The position numbers and the translations under genes were made by a program. A stretch of 64,000 nt of DNA from the NCBI GenBank assembly GCA_051530055.1, contig CM121342.1, positions 3,471,489-3,535,488 of the forward strand, given 5' to 3'. Positions within the stretch are counted from its first letter, which is position 1, and each line of letters starts with the position of its first letter. This document shows, in pieces, positions 1-12,700 of the stretch. The notes beneath the pieces were generated by a model. That model saw only the letters and a program-made list of their open reading frames with translations, had not been told where the DNA came from and did not search any database. This stretch comes from Neoechinorhynchus agilis. Its lineage: Eukaryota; Animalia; Acanthocephala.

Positions 1-3000
1 GTCGTCGATATAATGAACTTGGTGCGTCCGTATGGTTTACGATCAAGTAGTTCAATTGTTGGTCTCTCAGAAGCGAGTGCGACACTTGCAAGAGTATCCA
101 TGACTAAATTCACCCAAAGCATTTGAACAGCCGTCAATGGAACACGACTGATCGCCGCTGCGGATATAACGGACAGAAATCCAGCCGCCACATTAGCCGT
201 TAGTTGAAATTGAAGGAATTTGGCTACGTTATCGTAAACATTTCGACCCCACATAAGAGCCTTCACAATACTCGTGAAGTTATCATCCAGAAGGATAATA
301 TCGCATGCCTGTTTTGCTATATCTGTTCCCTGGATACCCATCGCGAATCCAACGTCGGCGCTTTTAAGTGCAGGGGCATCATTGGTACCATCGCCAGTAA
401 CTGCGACAACCTCACGATTCGCAGAAATTTTACTTGAGATTATTCCATTGACAAGAACGAATTTGTCGTTTGGAGATGAACGAGCGAGTACGCGAAGTCT
501 TGGCCAGACGCTGTCGAACTTTGTCTGCGAAAATCCGCCGTATTCGTCGTTTATGATCTCATTAAAAGATTTGCTCTCTAGCGCTAGAAAATCCTCCTTT
601 GGATTTAGAATGCCACACTGAGTAGCTATTGATCGAGCAGTGTTGATATTATCACCAGTTACCATTCGAACGGTCACTCCTGCTCTTTGACATTGTCTGA
701 TCGCTGGAGGGACTTCTGGTCTTACTGGATCTTGAATCCCGGCGATACAAAGAAGAGTCAGGTCTTTTCCAACGACCAATTCATCTTCCCAATTATAAGA
801 CGGAGAATCACCTTCATCAGAAGGAACTAATTTATACGCAACGCAGATTGTTCGGAGACCAGCGCATGCCATTGATTCAATGACTGATTTAATAAGGACA
901 TTTCTTCGGTTCTCGTTTAAAACTTGAGGACCAGAAGTACCGTTCGCTGAAACATCACGGCATCGTTCCAACACGACTTCACTGGCCCCTTTGGTGTAGA
1001 CACAGTATCCTTGGTTCGGTTTCCTCAGTACGGTAGTCATCGTTTTTCGCTTTGAATTAAACGTAAAGACTTTAAACGCATCTTTGTCTGGGTATTTTTC
1101 TCGATATGTCTCGTAGTTTCGTCCGAGAGTCGTAACGAGGCCAAGTAAAGCACACTCAGTCTTGTTCCCAAGCTGTTGTGGGAGATCACCAGGACGCTCG
1201 ATCTGTATTTGTGGAAAAAAAGTTGAACACAGCCACTAAACCCCCCCCCTCCACTGACCTGTTGAATTGATGAATAATTCGAATTTGTCGAAATACTTTC
1301 ACACAGTATGTCCACCAAATCCTCGGAAACTTCATTTGCCGCATTGTCAATTACTTTGTAGTGCTTACCTAATTACGTTTGTTGACATAAATATTTTAAA
1401 ACTGCAAACTTTCGTCTTGGGCAACGGAAAAAAGTACGTTTTTTATAAAGGTGCTTAAATAAAGAACCGTTATATTAAGAAACGACAATAAAAACATAGA
1501 AGTGAGATTTGAAATTATGGAGAACATTAAATTTTAGTCTATCCCTTTCTTGTCCGGCTTATTTTTAGGCATAAAGCCAAACCAATTACATCAGAGAGTC
1601 TCTAATGCAAGGTTAAGAGTTTGAACATTCCTCCGGATCCTCAGATACCTCCCGGGGAGGCGGGGAGGTATTTCGTCTCCTTTTCGGTACGGATTCGGAC
1701 CACTTGACCCCTAATCGGGATCACGGGCATTAGTCCACTTGACCACCTCGACACAACTACGAAATGTCAAACTCAGCCAGTTTATCGACTCGGGGTGAGC
1801 GCTGTGTTCTATTTTTTTAAGTTTTACTGGCAAGCCGGTCAAATCATTAAATTACGTTCATTTTTTCAAAACAAAAAAGCGTAATTTTCGTGCAGCTCTT
1901 TTTTTTGCCCAAAATTAAGTCGAAGTGTATAAAATGTGGAAAAAAAGAATTGCTTACCTGCCAAGTAGCATTGAGTAACAGTCATTCTATTAGTAGTCAG
2001 AGTTCCGGTCTTATCTGAACAAATCGTAGTGGCATTTCCCATTGTCTCGCATGCGTTCAAGTGCCGGACCAAATTATTATCGGACAACATCCTCTTCACA
2101 GCAAATGCCAACGCTAAAGCTACTGCGAGAGGAAGACCTTCAGGAACAGCGACGACAATCACAGTAATTCCTTGAACGAAACTATCAATAATGTACCGAA
2201 TGTGATTATTGTTCCACGGTTGTTTTTGAATAACGTAAGTCAGCACACAGAACCGGATTATGAGTGCGATGAACGTGAGTATAGCTGCACAGAGACCAAC
2301 AATTGCGATAACACGAGCAAGTCTTGCGAGTTTTCCTTGAAGAACAGATTTCATTTTCTTCGTTTTCTTTTTTTCGTCTCCTTTGTTCTCATCTGACTTG
2401 GATTTTTCTTGAACTTTTGATTCGGATAACAAAGCAAACACTTTTCCAGTTTGGGACCGAAGACCAACAGCCGTCACAATCATCGTCCCGCTTCCCTCCA
2501 TCACAGTCGTCCCTGATAACAAAGCTCGGTTCTTTGCATTCTTTTTAACATGATCTGATTCTCCAGTAACACTCGATTCATCAATCGTTAAATCGTTTCC
2601 TTGAATCAAAAACCCATCAGCTTGAATAAGATCGCCGTATTTAATCGCATAAACGTCACCAACGAGAATATCGTCTTTAAGAAGTTCCTGCATTTGTCCA
2701 TCCCTCACAACACTGACTTTTTTCTCACCTTCTAACTTTTTCTGGAGGTCTCGGAATTGTCTATCTTTTTGCCAATCATTTACACCGGTAACGAGGACGA
2801 CTATGAGTACGGCTACGAATATCGCGACGCCTTCAATCCACTCCAAATTTGTTTCTTCGTCCGCGGGGTATAACGGTCGAATGGATTCAACCTGAGGTGG
2901 GTGATAAAACGAAAGTCCAAATGATAAAACCGCACATAAAAGAAGAATTACAAGTAGTGCGTCCTGTAGAGCATCCCAGCAGAAAGTCAGAAAATGTTTT

Positions 3001-3290
3001 GGTTTGCGTTGAGGAAGACTGTTTCGTCCGAAGCAGCTCGCTCTTAGCTCAATATTATCTGGATCTGATGCAACTGAGAGACCTTTATCTTTATCGGTCT
3101 TAAGAATTTTGGCAAGTCCTTCAATGCCACCGCAAGTCGTTTCCAATTGAATAGTCGCTTCGGATCCCCGTTCATTCATTAGAGCTGTAAGGTCTTCTGC
3201 TGTTAACTCGAAAGCACCTCGGCTAGCTGATTCAAATGAATCCGCATTTTTTTTATTCTGTCGCTGGAAGTGGGAAGCAAAATTCCCCAT
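1..3290 (-). CDS. ATP2B: Plasma-membrane Ca2+-transporting P-type ATPase (PMCA); 3' part lies beyond the left edge
   Basis: Motifs [46 protein letters not shown] and [10 protein letters not shown] are present. Exons are about 3290-1959, 1368-1259 and 1208-1, with GT-AG introns read by eye. Confidence 0.95.
1625..1752 (-). mobile_element. tRNA-derived SINE-like element with a partial hammerhead core, in a PMCA intron
   Basis: Minus strand has A-box TGGTCAAGTGG at position 8 and B-box GGTCCGAATCC at tRNA positions 52-62, followed by GGAGACGAAATACCTCC...GGAGGTATCTGAG. It is homologous to 52231-52370. Confidence 0.7.
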
Positions 3291-3588
3291 ATCTACAAAG
3301 AAAGCAAAGGAAAATGCGACGAATCTAGTGTGTTTAAGAAATGATAGTTTTAAAGCACAAACGGATTTGGCAAAAAACAACACATGAGTCAATGCGTAAA
3401 AACGTGGAGTGTAAGTCAACGCTTTTCGGTTAAAATTTATACACTGAAACGGGGGAGAAAAACAAGTTCGTGGGAGGTGGCAAGCTGCTCATTCGTGGTG
3501 GTGGTGGTGGTCGTCGAAAACGGCCAGAGAAATCAGTACAACAAAGTATTTTTGCTGCTTTTAATGGATGAATCAGTACAAGTCCATG

Positions 3589-6500
3589 TCAAAATTTAAG
3601 TTTACCCTTCTTTTTGGATGGAGGTTTTGTTATTGAACACTCTGGAGGGCTCGAGCAACTCATCCAACCGGGTAAACGTTTCTTTGACACCTCCATTTTC
3701 CGATCCGAGCGTTGCTGACTTGAACATACCGTCATGCCGTACTTCAATTTAAGGACAGACAAAATAAAGCGAAGCTCTTCCTCGCCAATATTCAGTTGAG
3801 CATCTTTTATTGTACGTCTTAGTAGTGAGAAATCTCCAATATTGGAACAAGCAGGATTCTGACGAACGCACTTTTCTACTTGATCGATCATTCGCTCATT
3901 GACGTTCAATCTTTCAATGTCCACAGGAAGTTGATGGGTCATCGCTACAACTAGACACTCAAACGCTTCTGATCTAGATTCCATTTGATCGATTGACTCT
4001 TTTTGAATTTGAAATCTTCGATATATGCTTCTTTGCTTTTCAGTCACAAACCTATTGAGCGACCTTTCAAGTTGACCGTAATCGAACATTTCATTGGACG
4101 ATTGAACCGCATGGTGTGAATTGGAAACGTTGGTGCTTAAGTCATTTTCAGCACAAAATTGATTTATAAAATCCACAAACGAGCGACCAACTGTTTCAGC
4201 TTTTGCTAAAGGAAATTCCTCGATTTGTGATAAATACGAGGTTTGAGAAGGACGCTTTCTCGCCAAACTAGCGATGCTTTTATTATTGGCTATTCTATGG
4301 GCTGGTATACCGGATTCGGCTGCTAGTTTATTCCTGATCCTGATCAATGCAGCGTAGAGTTTAGCTTCGTCTTCGTTGTTTGCATGTGAAGCCTGAACAA
4401 CTCGTCGCTGTGAGAATGAAGAATTAGCCCAAGGACGTTCGTTTATACCACAAGATTGTCGTAGTCTTTACTTTCGAGAAAAATACAAAACAGCGCCGCA
4501 AATATCTAAATGACCACAATGATCATCGCCGGATATCGAAATGCGCTTAATCAGATTAAAATTAGCACTTTCTGCTCAACGAACAAAATATGAAAGACGA
4601 AATTTGTGAACTGAAGCATCGATTTTAACATAAAAGACACCATATTATATTTTCTTAAGTCAGGATCGTTTGTAATCGATTAAGAAAAATGGGTCTTTAT
4701 GGAAATGCATCCTGAAAAAAATAAAAAGATTGCTTACCCCATAAACAAATCGAATTTATCAGGTTTTAAAGAGGAATTTTTAAACAAGGAAAATTTTCAT
4801 ATATTTCCACTAAAAAAAAGTTTCGTTTAAAAATTGAACCGACGAACCAAATCAATGGGTTAGATCACCGAAAATTACCAAACGTGAGCAAAAAACAAAG
4901 AAATTGAGCGTGCGAATGCTCAAAAGATCTATCACATAATATTCTGGGAGATGATGTAATTATTGATAAAAGTAAAATTACGGAAAATTCTAAATCAACA
5001 ATAGGATTGTGATTGAAATGTATTTGTAGAAATTTTGAAGAATAATCAACAGATAAGGACTAAGATTGAAATATGTTGTTCATAATACGACAATCTTTGG
5101 ATTACAATGATTTGCGGCAATATGCAGGTTGAAGAATATTGATTCGTCACGTTTATGGGCAACACTGATGTAGACTTTTTATTCTTTGGAGATGAAGGAA
5201 CCAACATTGATTGATTCGTGGACATCCATTGGCGTCCAAGTGAACTTATTCCAATACTGCAGGCTCCAAAAGCGACACCTTGAATGGGTATTTCGTCGAG
5301 ATATCCCAAATCGATCATTTTTCTTCCTAATAGAAAATCATTACCTTAGACGGCTTTACTAAAAGACTTACCGAATTCCTTCCACCATTGTTCACTACGA
5401 ATATTTCGTCCTGTTCCATAGTTCAACATCGACCGCATTCTATCACTAATTCTCGAGCTTGTCTAAATCAGTCTATTATCTTCGACATCAACACGAATAC
5501 TCACTGATCCGCGTACAAATTGAACGTACATCACAAGTCCATACCTTCCTCCAAGTGCCTCAATGGCACTAAAGAGAATTCGAGCTTCTTTTGTCACGTC
5601 TTCACTTGTAAGACTCGGTTCAATTGGACCTCGACTACAATTGTCGCAACAAAACTCGGTTTGATCAGCAAACGACAAAGATTCTCCAAAATGTTCAAGT
5701 ATTATTCTATCAAAAACACAAACATCATTGACGGATTAAACAAAATAGACGTAACCTTCGCCTACAAGACATTGTCGTCAAATAAACGCTCATTTTTTTC
5801 TGCATTTCGAACTGGTGCTTAGTGTACTCTTTATCTCCATCACAGTTTGCAGGAACTATTAAGCGTCTTTTAAAACCCAAATCAATATTATAGTTATGAT
5901 CGATAAGATTACCTATTTAAAGCAAGATCTTGTTTGTCGTAGAAAGCATGGCACCTGCACCGTTGACCATCTCTGCCACCTCTTCCAATTTCTTGATAAT
6001 ATGAATCCATATCGCGAGGAGCGCCATAATGAACGACATTTCTTATATCAGGTTTATCGATACCCATCCCGAATGCGATTGTGGCAACAATGACTTGACA
6101 TTCATCGTTCATAAACGCGATTTGAGCACGTGTCCGGGCATCGTTTCCAAGACCGGCATGGTAGATGCTAACGCTTAAACCTGCCTCTTTCAGATTATTG
6201 AACACTAACTCCGTCATGACTTTTGTCCGACAGTAGATGATCGTTGATCCATCAAACGATACCGTTTGGTTCTTGTTGAATGTCTCTGAAAGCATACCAG
6301 CACCGAATAAATCATTTAAAGCATGGATTCTACGAGAAAAAAAAGAAACTGCGATGAATCCAATGCTCAACGGGATTTTGACTTCTTAAAGATACTCCCA
6401 AGTATAAGTTTTTTCGGTCCACTGATGAACTGACGAACAGTGGAGATTGAAGACAAAGAGATCGTGAAATGTCCTGCCGGACAGATAATGTAGCCGTCGC

Positions 6501-8941
6501 TGTTACGGCCATGAATGGAACTTTTGGTAATTGTAGACGAAGATCTCCTAATTGTCTATAGGCAACACGGAAATCGTGACCCCATCGGGAAACGCAATGA
6601 GCTTCGTCGATTGCAAGTAAAATAATTCCTAAAAGAACATAAATCGTTTAAGAAAACAGGGTTTAAAAACCTGGGCTTTTGTTTACACAAGACAAAAATG
6701 ACCCGGATCGAATTGCGTATTCCGGAGTTATATAAACGATTTTGTATTTAGCCCTATAAAAAGAACTTGTCAAGTATTAAAGAAACATTCGTCAATGAAA
6801 TAAAAACACACAATGAACAAATGGGTTTCTGAACATTCTTGAGCTACAATGGAGCCGTCACTATTTTCAATTAAAATAAACATTGATATAATGTGCGAGT
6901 TCGCTATCGAGCAAATTAATCAAAAAAAATCTTGTTCTACAATAAGATTGAGCGAGACATCCTACAGCGATTTTTATTAGCCAAAAAAACGTAAACACTA
7001 ACAGCTACCGAATTTCTTGAAATATCAACTCGATAGATTTATTCAAAGGAGATGTGGGGATCAGAATGGAGCCGGATTAAAGCCAGTTTTTGAATATTTC
7101 GAAAGGGGAACTTCACCTCCTGTAAGTTTTTACGATTTCAGTTCGAAGGCCTCCCCTTTCGAAATATCCCAATAAAATATTTTGTATCGTGAAGGGGGGG
7201 GATTATGATCACTAACGCCACATCTTTTAAACTCTATCATCCCTAAGGATTTTCTCACTTCCACCGAGACTAATTGATTAAATGGAAATGTAATGGTGGC
7301 GTTGGTGATCATAATCCCTTTCTCTAGGTTCAATAAAATTGATTTTAGCCGGGGGGATCACTAACGCCACCATTAAGTCTTTTAAACTCTATCATCCCTA
7401 AAGATTTTCTCACTTCCACTGAGACTAATCGCAATGATTAAATGGAAATGTAATGGTGGCGTTGGTGATCATAATCCTTTCTCTAGGATAGAAAATATTT
7501 CAATAAAATTGATTTTAACCGGGGGGATCACTAACGCCACATCTTTTAAACTCTATCATCCCTAAAGATTTTCTCACTTCCACTGAGACTAATCGCAATG
7601 GATTAAATGGAAATGTAATGGTGGCGTTGGTGATCATAATCCCTTTCTCTAGGTTCAATAAAATTGATTTTAACCGGGGGGATCACTAACGCCACCATTA
7701 AGTCTTTTAAACTCTATCATCCCTAAAGATTTTCTCACTTCCACTGAGACTAATCGCAATGGATTAAATGGAAATGTAATGGTGGCGTTGGTGATCATAA
7801 TCCCTTTCTCTAGGATAGAAAATATTTCAATAAAATTGATTTTAACCGGGGGGGATCACTAACGCCACATCTTTTAAACTCTATCATCCCTAAGGATTTT
7901 CTCACTTCCACTGAGACTAATCGCAATGGATTAAATGGAAATGTAATGGTGGCGTTGGTGATCATAATCCCTTTCTCTAGGATAGAAAATATTTCAATAA
8001 AATTGATTTTAACCGGGGGGGATCACTAACGCCACCAATCTTTTAAACTCTATCATCCCTAAGGATTTTCTCACTTCCACTGAGACTAATTGATTAAATG
8101 GAAATGTAATGGTGGCGTTGGTGATCATAATCCCTTTCTCTAGGTTCAATAAAATTGATTTTAGCCGGGGGGATCACTAACGCCACCATTAAGTCTTTTA
8201 AACTCTATCATCCCTAAGGATTTTCTCACTTCCACTGAGACTAATCGCAATGGATTAAATGGAAATGTAATGGTGGCGTTGGTGATCATAATCCCTTTCT
8301 CTAGTAAAAAGATTTTAGATAACCCACTAAACTCTATCATCCCTAAGATTTTCTGATAGAAAATATTTCAATAAAATTGATTTTAACCGGGGGGGATCAC
8401 TAACGCCACATCTTTTAAACTCTATCATCTTTAAGGATTTTCTCACTTGGACGATTCATTAGATCTCTTCTGGAAGGTCAAATCTAAAAATAAAACCGAC
8501 TTACGCCATTATTTCTTGTTTTAGAGTGGACATTGCGTTTGGATTCAGTGTAGGGGATAAAAGACAAGCCGAGATGTTCACTAGTCGTAGCGAAATGACC
8601 TGGTCCTGCATAAGAGCGATCAATGGAGAAATTACAATGACAACACCAGGCTTCAAAAGCGCAGGAAGTTGATAACAAAGACTTTTCCCGTAGCCGGTTG
8701 CCATGACAGCCAATACGTCCTGATTGTCGTTGATTACAGCTTTAACGATTTGATGTTGAAGACTGCAAAAATAGGTAAAAGCACACGAGAACACACAAAA
8801 AACAATCTAACGGTTTCAACTTCTCAAATCCGAAATGTTCTCGAAGAATATTGGAAATGTGATCGGTAATATCGTCACCAATCACGTCACATAAAGACAT
8901 TATCGCATTTATTTCAGCCACCTCCTCAGAACTTAGAGCCA
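3589..8941 (-). CDS. WRN: WRN-like RecQ helicase, multi-exon, no N-terminal exonuclease domain
   Basis: Motifs [39 protein letters not shown] and [12 protein letters not shown], the Zn-binding CRR..CCDNC, and RQC and HRDC-like C-terminal exons. Confidence 0.9.
7190..8450. repeat. Tandem array A1: ~8 units of 150-175 bp, each a small inverted-repeat (MITE-like) unit, in a WRN intron
   Basis: GATCACTAACGCCAC recurs 8 times. The first unit (7199-7318) has 23-bp TIRs GGGATTATGATCACTAACGCCAC / GTGGCGTTGGTGATCATAATCCC. Confidence 0.95.
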
Positions 8942-9129
8942 TTTCGAAAAATTTGTATCTTGAAAATATTCGAGGCCGTCCAATGGTCACTCTTCGATGA
9001 TGATTCTTCCAGATCAAATATTAAAACCAATCGGATACGAGTTTTCTTTAATAAACAGTGAAATTTTCTGTAGATAATAATTCGGAAATGTTTGGTCCGG
9101 GTAACCTGAAAGGATTTTGGCTGTTATGA

Positions 9130-9691
9130 GTCTTAATGAGATATTTCGCGGAAAGCCTGGGCTTATCCGGATTAATGGACGACGCTTTATCTTATCAATA
9201 AAATTTTATCCTTTGGATTATCGTCTTCACTTCTTTTTAACTCTATCATCCCACAGGAATTTCTCTCGGTTGTCTTAATGAGATATTTCGTGGAAAGCCT
9301 CGGCTTATCCGGATTAATGGACGACGCTTGGTCTTATCAATAAAATTTTATCCTTTGGATTATCGTCTTCACTTCTTTTTAACTCTATCATCCTACAGGA
9401 ATTTCTCTCGGTTGTCTTAATGAGATATTTCGCGGAAAGCCTCGGCTTATCCGGATTAATGGACGACGCTTTATCTTATCAATAAAATTTTATCCTTTGG
9501 ATTATCGTCTTCACTTCTTTTTAACTCTATCATCCTACAGGAATTTCTCTCGGTTGTCTTAATGAGATATTTCGCGGAAAGCCTCGGCTTATCCGGATTA
9601 ATGGACGACGCTTTATCTTATCAATAAAATTTTATCCTTTGGATTATCGTCTTCACTTCTTTTTAACTCTATCATCCCACAGGAATTTCTC
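9130..9691. repeat. Tandem array A2: 4 x 142 bp, just upstream of the WRN start
   Basis: TCTTAATGAGATATTTCG occurs at 9131, 9273, 9415 and about 9557. Confidence 0.95.
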
Positions 9692-10269
9692 TTGATTAGT
9701 AAGGTCGAGTTTTCGTATTGGCATTCAAAGGATGATCTTGAAATTTTAACCGACGAGATATCGTCGTATAATGTCTTTGTTTAAATTTAATTTTGATGGA
9801 TTTCGCCACAATTTCGTTGATTTCCTTTTAATTTAAAAGTTGCAATATCAAAGCATTTGTTTTCCCTGTAAAAACTTGTGCTCAGCTTTTCAATGACACT
9901 CGGTCTGTGGTCGTATCTTGATCTTTGTAGACTCAAACTCATCTATCATTCGAATGTATTTAAATACTCACTTTTTTACATTATAAAGCTATTAATTTTT
10001 ATCCATGTTTCCCATGTTTACCAATAGAATCGCATTATCACTAATTGGAGCGTTCTAATATCCCACATAAGATTTTGTTTCTTATTTATATTCTATAATT
10101 ATAAACTTATCCGAGAAAATCTTGGTCCAATTTTTTAGAATACTTGTATCTTCTTTTACAACTATAACATTACAATTTTTTTTAAATCGGCCATCGTTTC
10201 TTTTTTTCGAAAGGTGATTTTACTTTCTTTGCAAATGTACACATTTTTTACTTCTACAACTAATGGTTT

Positions 10270-11245
10270 GAAGTCTTCACCCGCGGTAAATGATTATTTC
10301 GATTAAAAAGACGTTCTGCGAACCTCATCATCAGTTCTAAAATTCAAGTACTTAAATGGTTAATCCGCTCTCACACTCACTTATCGTTGATTGTGTTGTT
10401 TACTTTTTTGTTAGCTATGAAGGCAGAGTTTGTAACCTCGTTGGTCATTAATGTCCGGTTTTTGTTCTTTGATTTAGAAGGCTTCCTCAATTAAGAACGT
10501 CGAAAATTATTGCGTTCACTTGCTTGACCACTGGCCAGTTTGCACTCGACGCTACCACCTTCTGGGTCTTGGACCGTTTATGTTCTGTCAATTTCGTCTT
10601 CTGATTCCGACGTGTTTGTCCAATGTAATTGCTGTTTCATTGGCCATAAGAAACCTTGGGAGACAATAAGAATCTTTTCTACCTCCTGGGGTGTTTCCGG
10701 GGGAAATGAGGTTTCCTACGGAACGGATTTACACACGGTGGCTACTTTCCGGTCAACAAACAATCAAAACGCTCCTAAATTTCAACACCATAATTTTTAC
10801 CTCATTTTATTCCCCTAACGAGCAAACCCTCGAAATCGCAATTCTATTAATCCTCCCTCAACCTCGCAGATCGCTCTTCCTCCACTCCATTTTCCATACT
10901 GCCAAATCTTCTCACGGATATCGAAATGAACCGAAGGAAAGACTCTACCTTACAAATTCTCCTACAAACGATAATCACCAACTTTTTCCACTTTTGCCGG
11001 ACCTTCCAACCAGATTGGATATTCCCAACCGATCGGACCCGTATTCCACTCCAAAATCAACATGACTAACGCCGTTACCAAATCTGTCTTCATAGCTAAC
11101 AAAAATGAAACAACACTAACAGCCATAAGCGCATGTGAGAGCGGAATAACCATTTAACCACTTGTATTTTAGAACTGATGATGAACTCGATGAGGTTCGA
11201 CGAACGTCTTTTATTAAAAAATCACTTACCGGGTGAAGACTTCTA
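10270..11245. mobile_element. Segment flanked by ~95-bp inverted repeats carrying hammerhead-like cores; possibly a Penelope-like element remnant
   Basis: 10270-10365 is the imperfect reverse complement of 11150-11245. Further family copies lie at about 30628-30700 (-) and 34148-34245 (+). Confidence 0.55.
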
Positions 11246-11765
11246 AACAATAATTCCTATCACAATCCCCTCGAAACCTCGTCACATATCGACAGTTTTA
11301 CTTCTTTTTTATAATCCCTTGGCGTCGAGACGCTAGAGTCCGCTGCTCAGAACCTTATGTCCGATCCGGTGGATCTCTCGATTGCCGAAGCGCTATGCAT
11401 TAATCGTGAGAAAGTAGTGGGATTGAGCGGGGTTACGAGCAGCAAGGACGGACACAACGAGGCAGAGGGGATGCTCAATAAGAGGGATGAGCTGACGGAC
11501 AGCGTTGCCCTCCTCTGATCCTTTTCAGATAACCGAAGAAAAGCTTCCTGACGAAGACGCAAGGCGTCGAAAATTTTAAGCAAGAAATAAAACACCCATT
11601 TTCCGTTCGATAATAAATCTGGAATAAACATGAGGGTGTTGGGAAAAGAGGCTTTCCATAATATTGTAAGTGTTTTGAATGAAATATTTTTGAATTAATA
11701 AATCAGTCTCTATTCTTCTCAAGCACCAAAGAACAAGTTTATTTTTATGTATGTGTATTTCGTAA

Positions 11766-11911
11766 AAAAGAATTGATTAGATCAGATATTTCGGCAAGGC
11801 ACAATCTCGTAAGGCTTTATCGAGGTGTTCGAATAAAATATTTAAACAACCTTGTGATAAAGGCGTTCGAGATTGTGCCTTGCAGAAATATCGGATCTAA
11901 TCAATTCTTTT
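11766..11911. mobile_element. Short foldback/MITE palindrome
   Basis: AAAAGAATTGATTAGATCAGATATTTCGGCAAGGCACAATCTCG...CGAGATTGTGCCTTGCAGAAATATCGGATCTAATCAATTCTTTT; arms about 50 bp. Confidence 0.8.
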
Positions 11912-12386
11912 AATTTTTTCGCCATAAACAAACATCAGAATAGTTCAACATTTAAGCTTTGGTCAAAATGTGTTTCATTGATTCTTATCAGAAAATGAAA
12001 GGCGAGAACGTAGCGCAAGTTTGGCTCTCTTCATTACGAAGATTTCTTCACAAATCGAATTTTTTTGGTGATAGCTCAGCATAGAAATCTGGTGGTGCCC
12101 TTCAAGGACGTTTTGCATTGTAATTCGATTAGTTGCTTAATTAAATTCGACAAACACATTTATGAATATAAGAATAAATCCTCACGGAACGGATATGGCT
12201 TCCCGAGCAGAGTTTAGTGTTCGCTTTGTTTGGTATATTATAAAAAGGTTTTTAATAACAAAAATCTTTTCACACAACCACAATCCAATGCAGGATCAGT
12301 TGAATTGGGACGACCGGATAGGTTAATTGTAATCGGCTATAGTGAGCGCTGAATACGCTTTATTTTTCCAACAGAGTTAATAAGGA

Positions 12387-12700
12387 TCATTTGAACGACA
12401 GCAATGTCATGAGTTCATTTAGCTGAGGAAAATAAACAAATTCATTGTAATCGGCTTCAGTGAGTGCCAAATACGGTTTTTGGTCATTAATGACGTTAAA
12501 AATTACTTTTCTCTGGAGCAAAACCCTATCGTGGGTAATGCGTTGTGAAATCATCACATGCTTGAACGACCAAATCATTGTGGGAACAACGAATTCGCTT
12601 CTTTTTATAAATTGCTCCATGTCGTATATAGTCCTTTCGTTGATTCGGTTATTGTCATTTGGATCAAAATTTGTAAAGAATATTAAAGCTGGGTGCCGTT
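12387..12700 (-). CDS. Unidentified ~100-codon open frame that continues out of the last unit of array A3
   Basis: ORF track entry 12387..12854. The unique part (NRINERTIYDMEQFIKRSEF...LLSFK) is stop-free in AT-rich DNA, but I recognise no family. Confidence 0.25.

Noticed and set aside
204-621. Plus-strand ORFs of 77 and 115 aa
   Set aside because: Antisense shadows of the PMCA exon.
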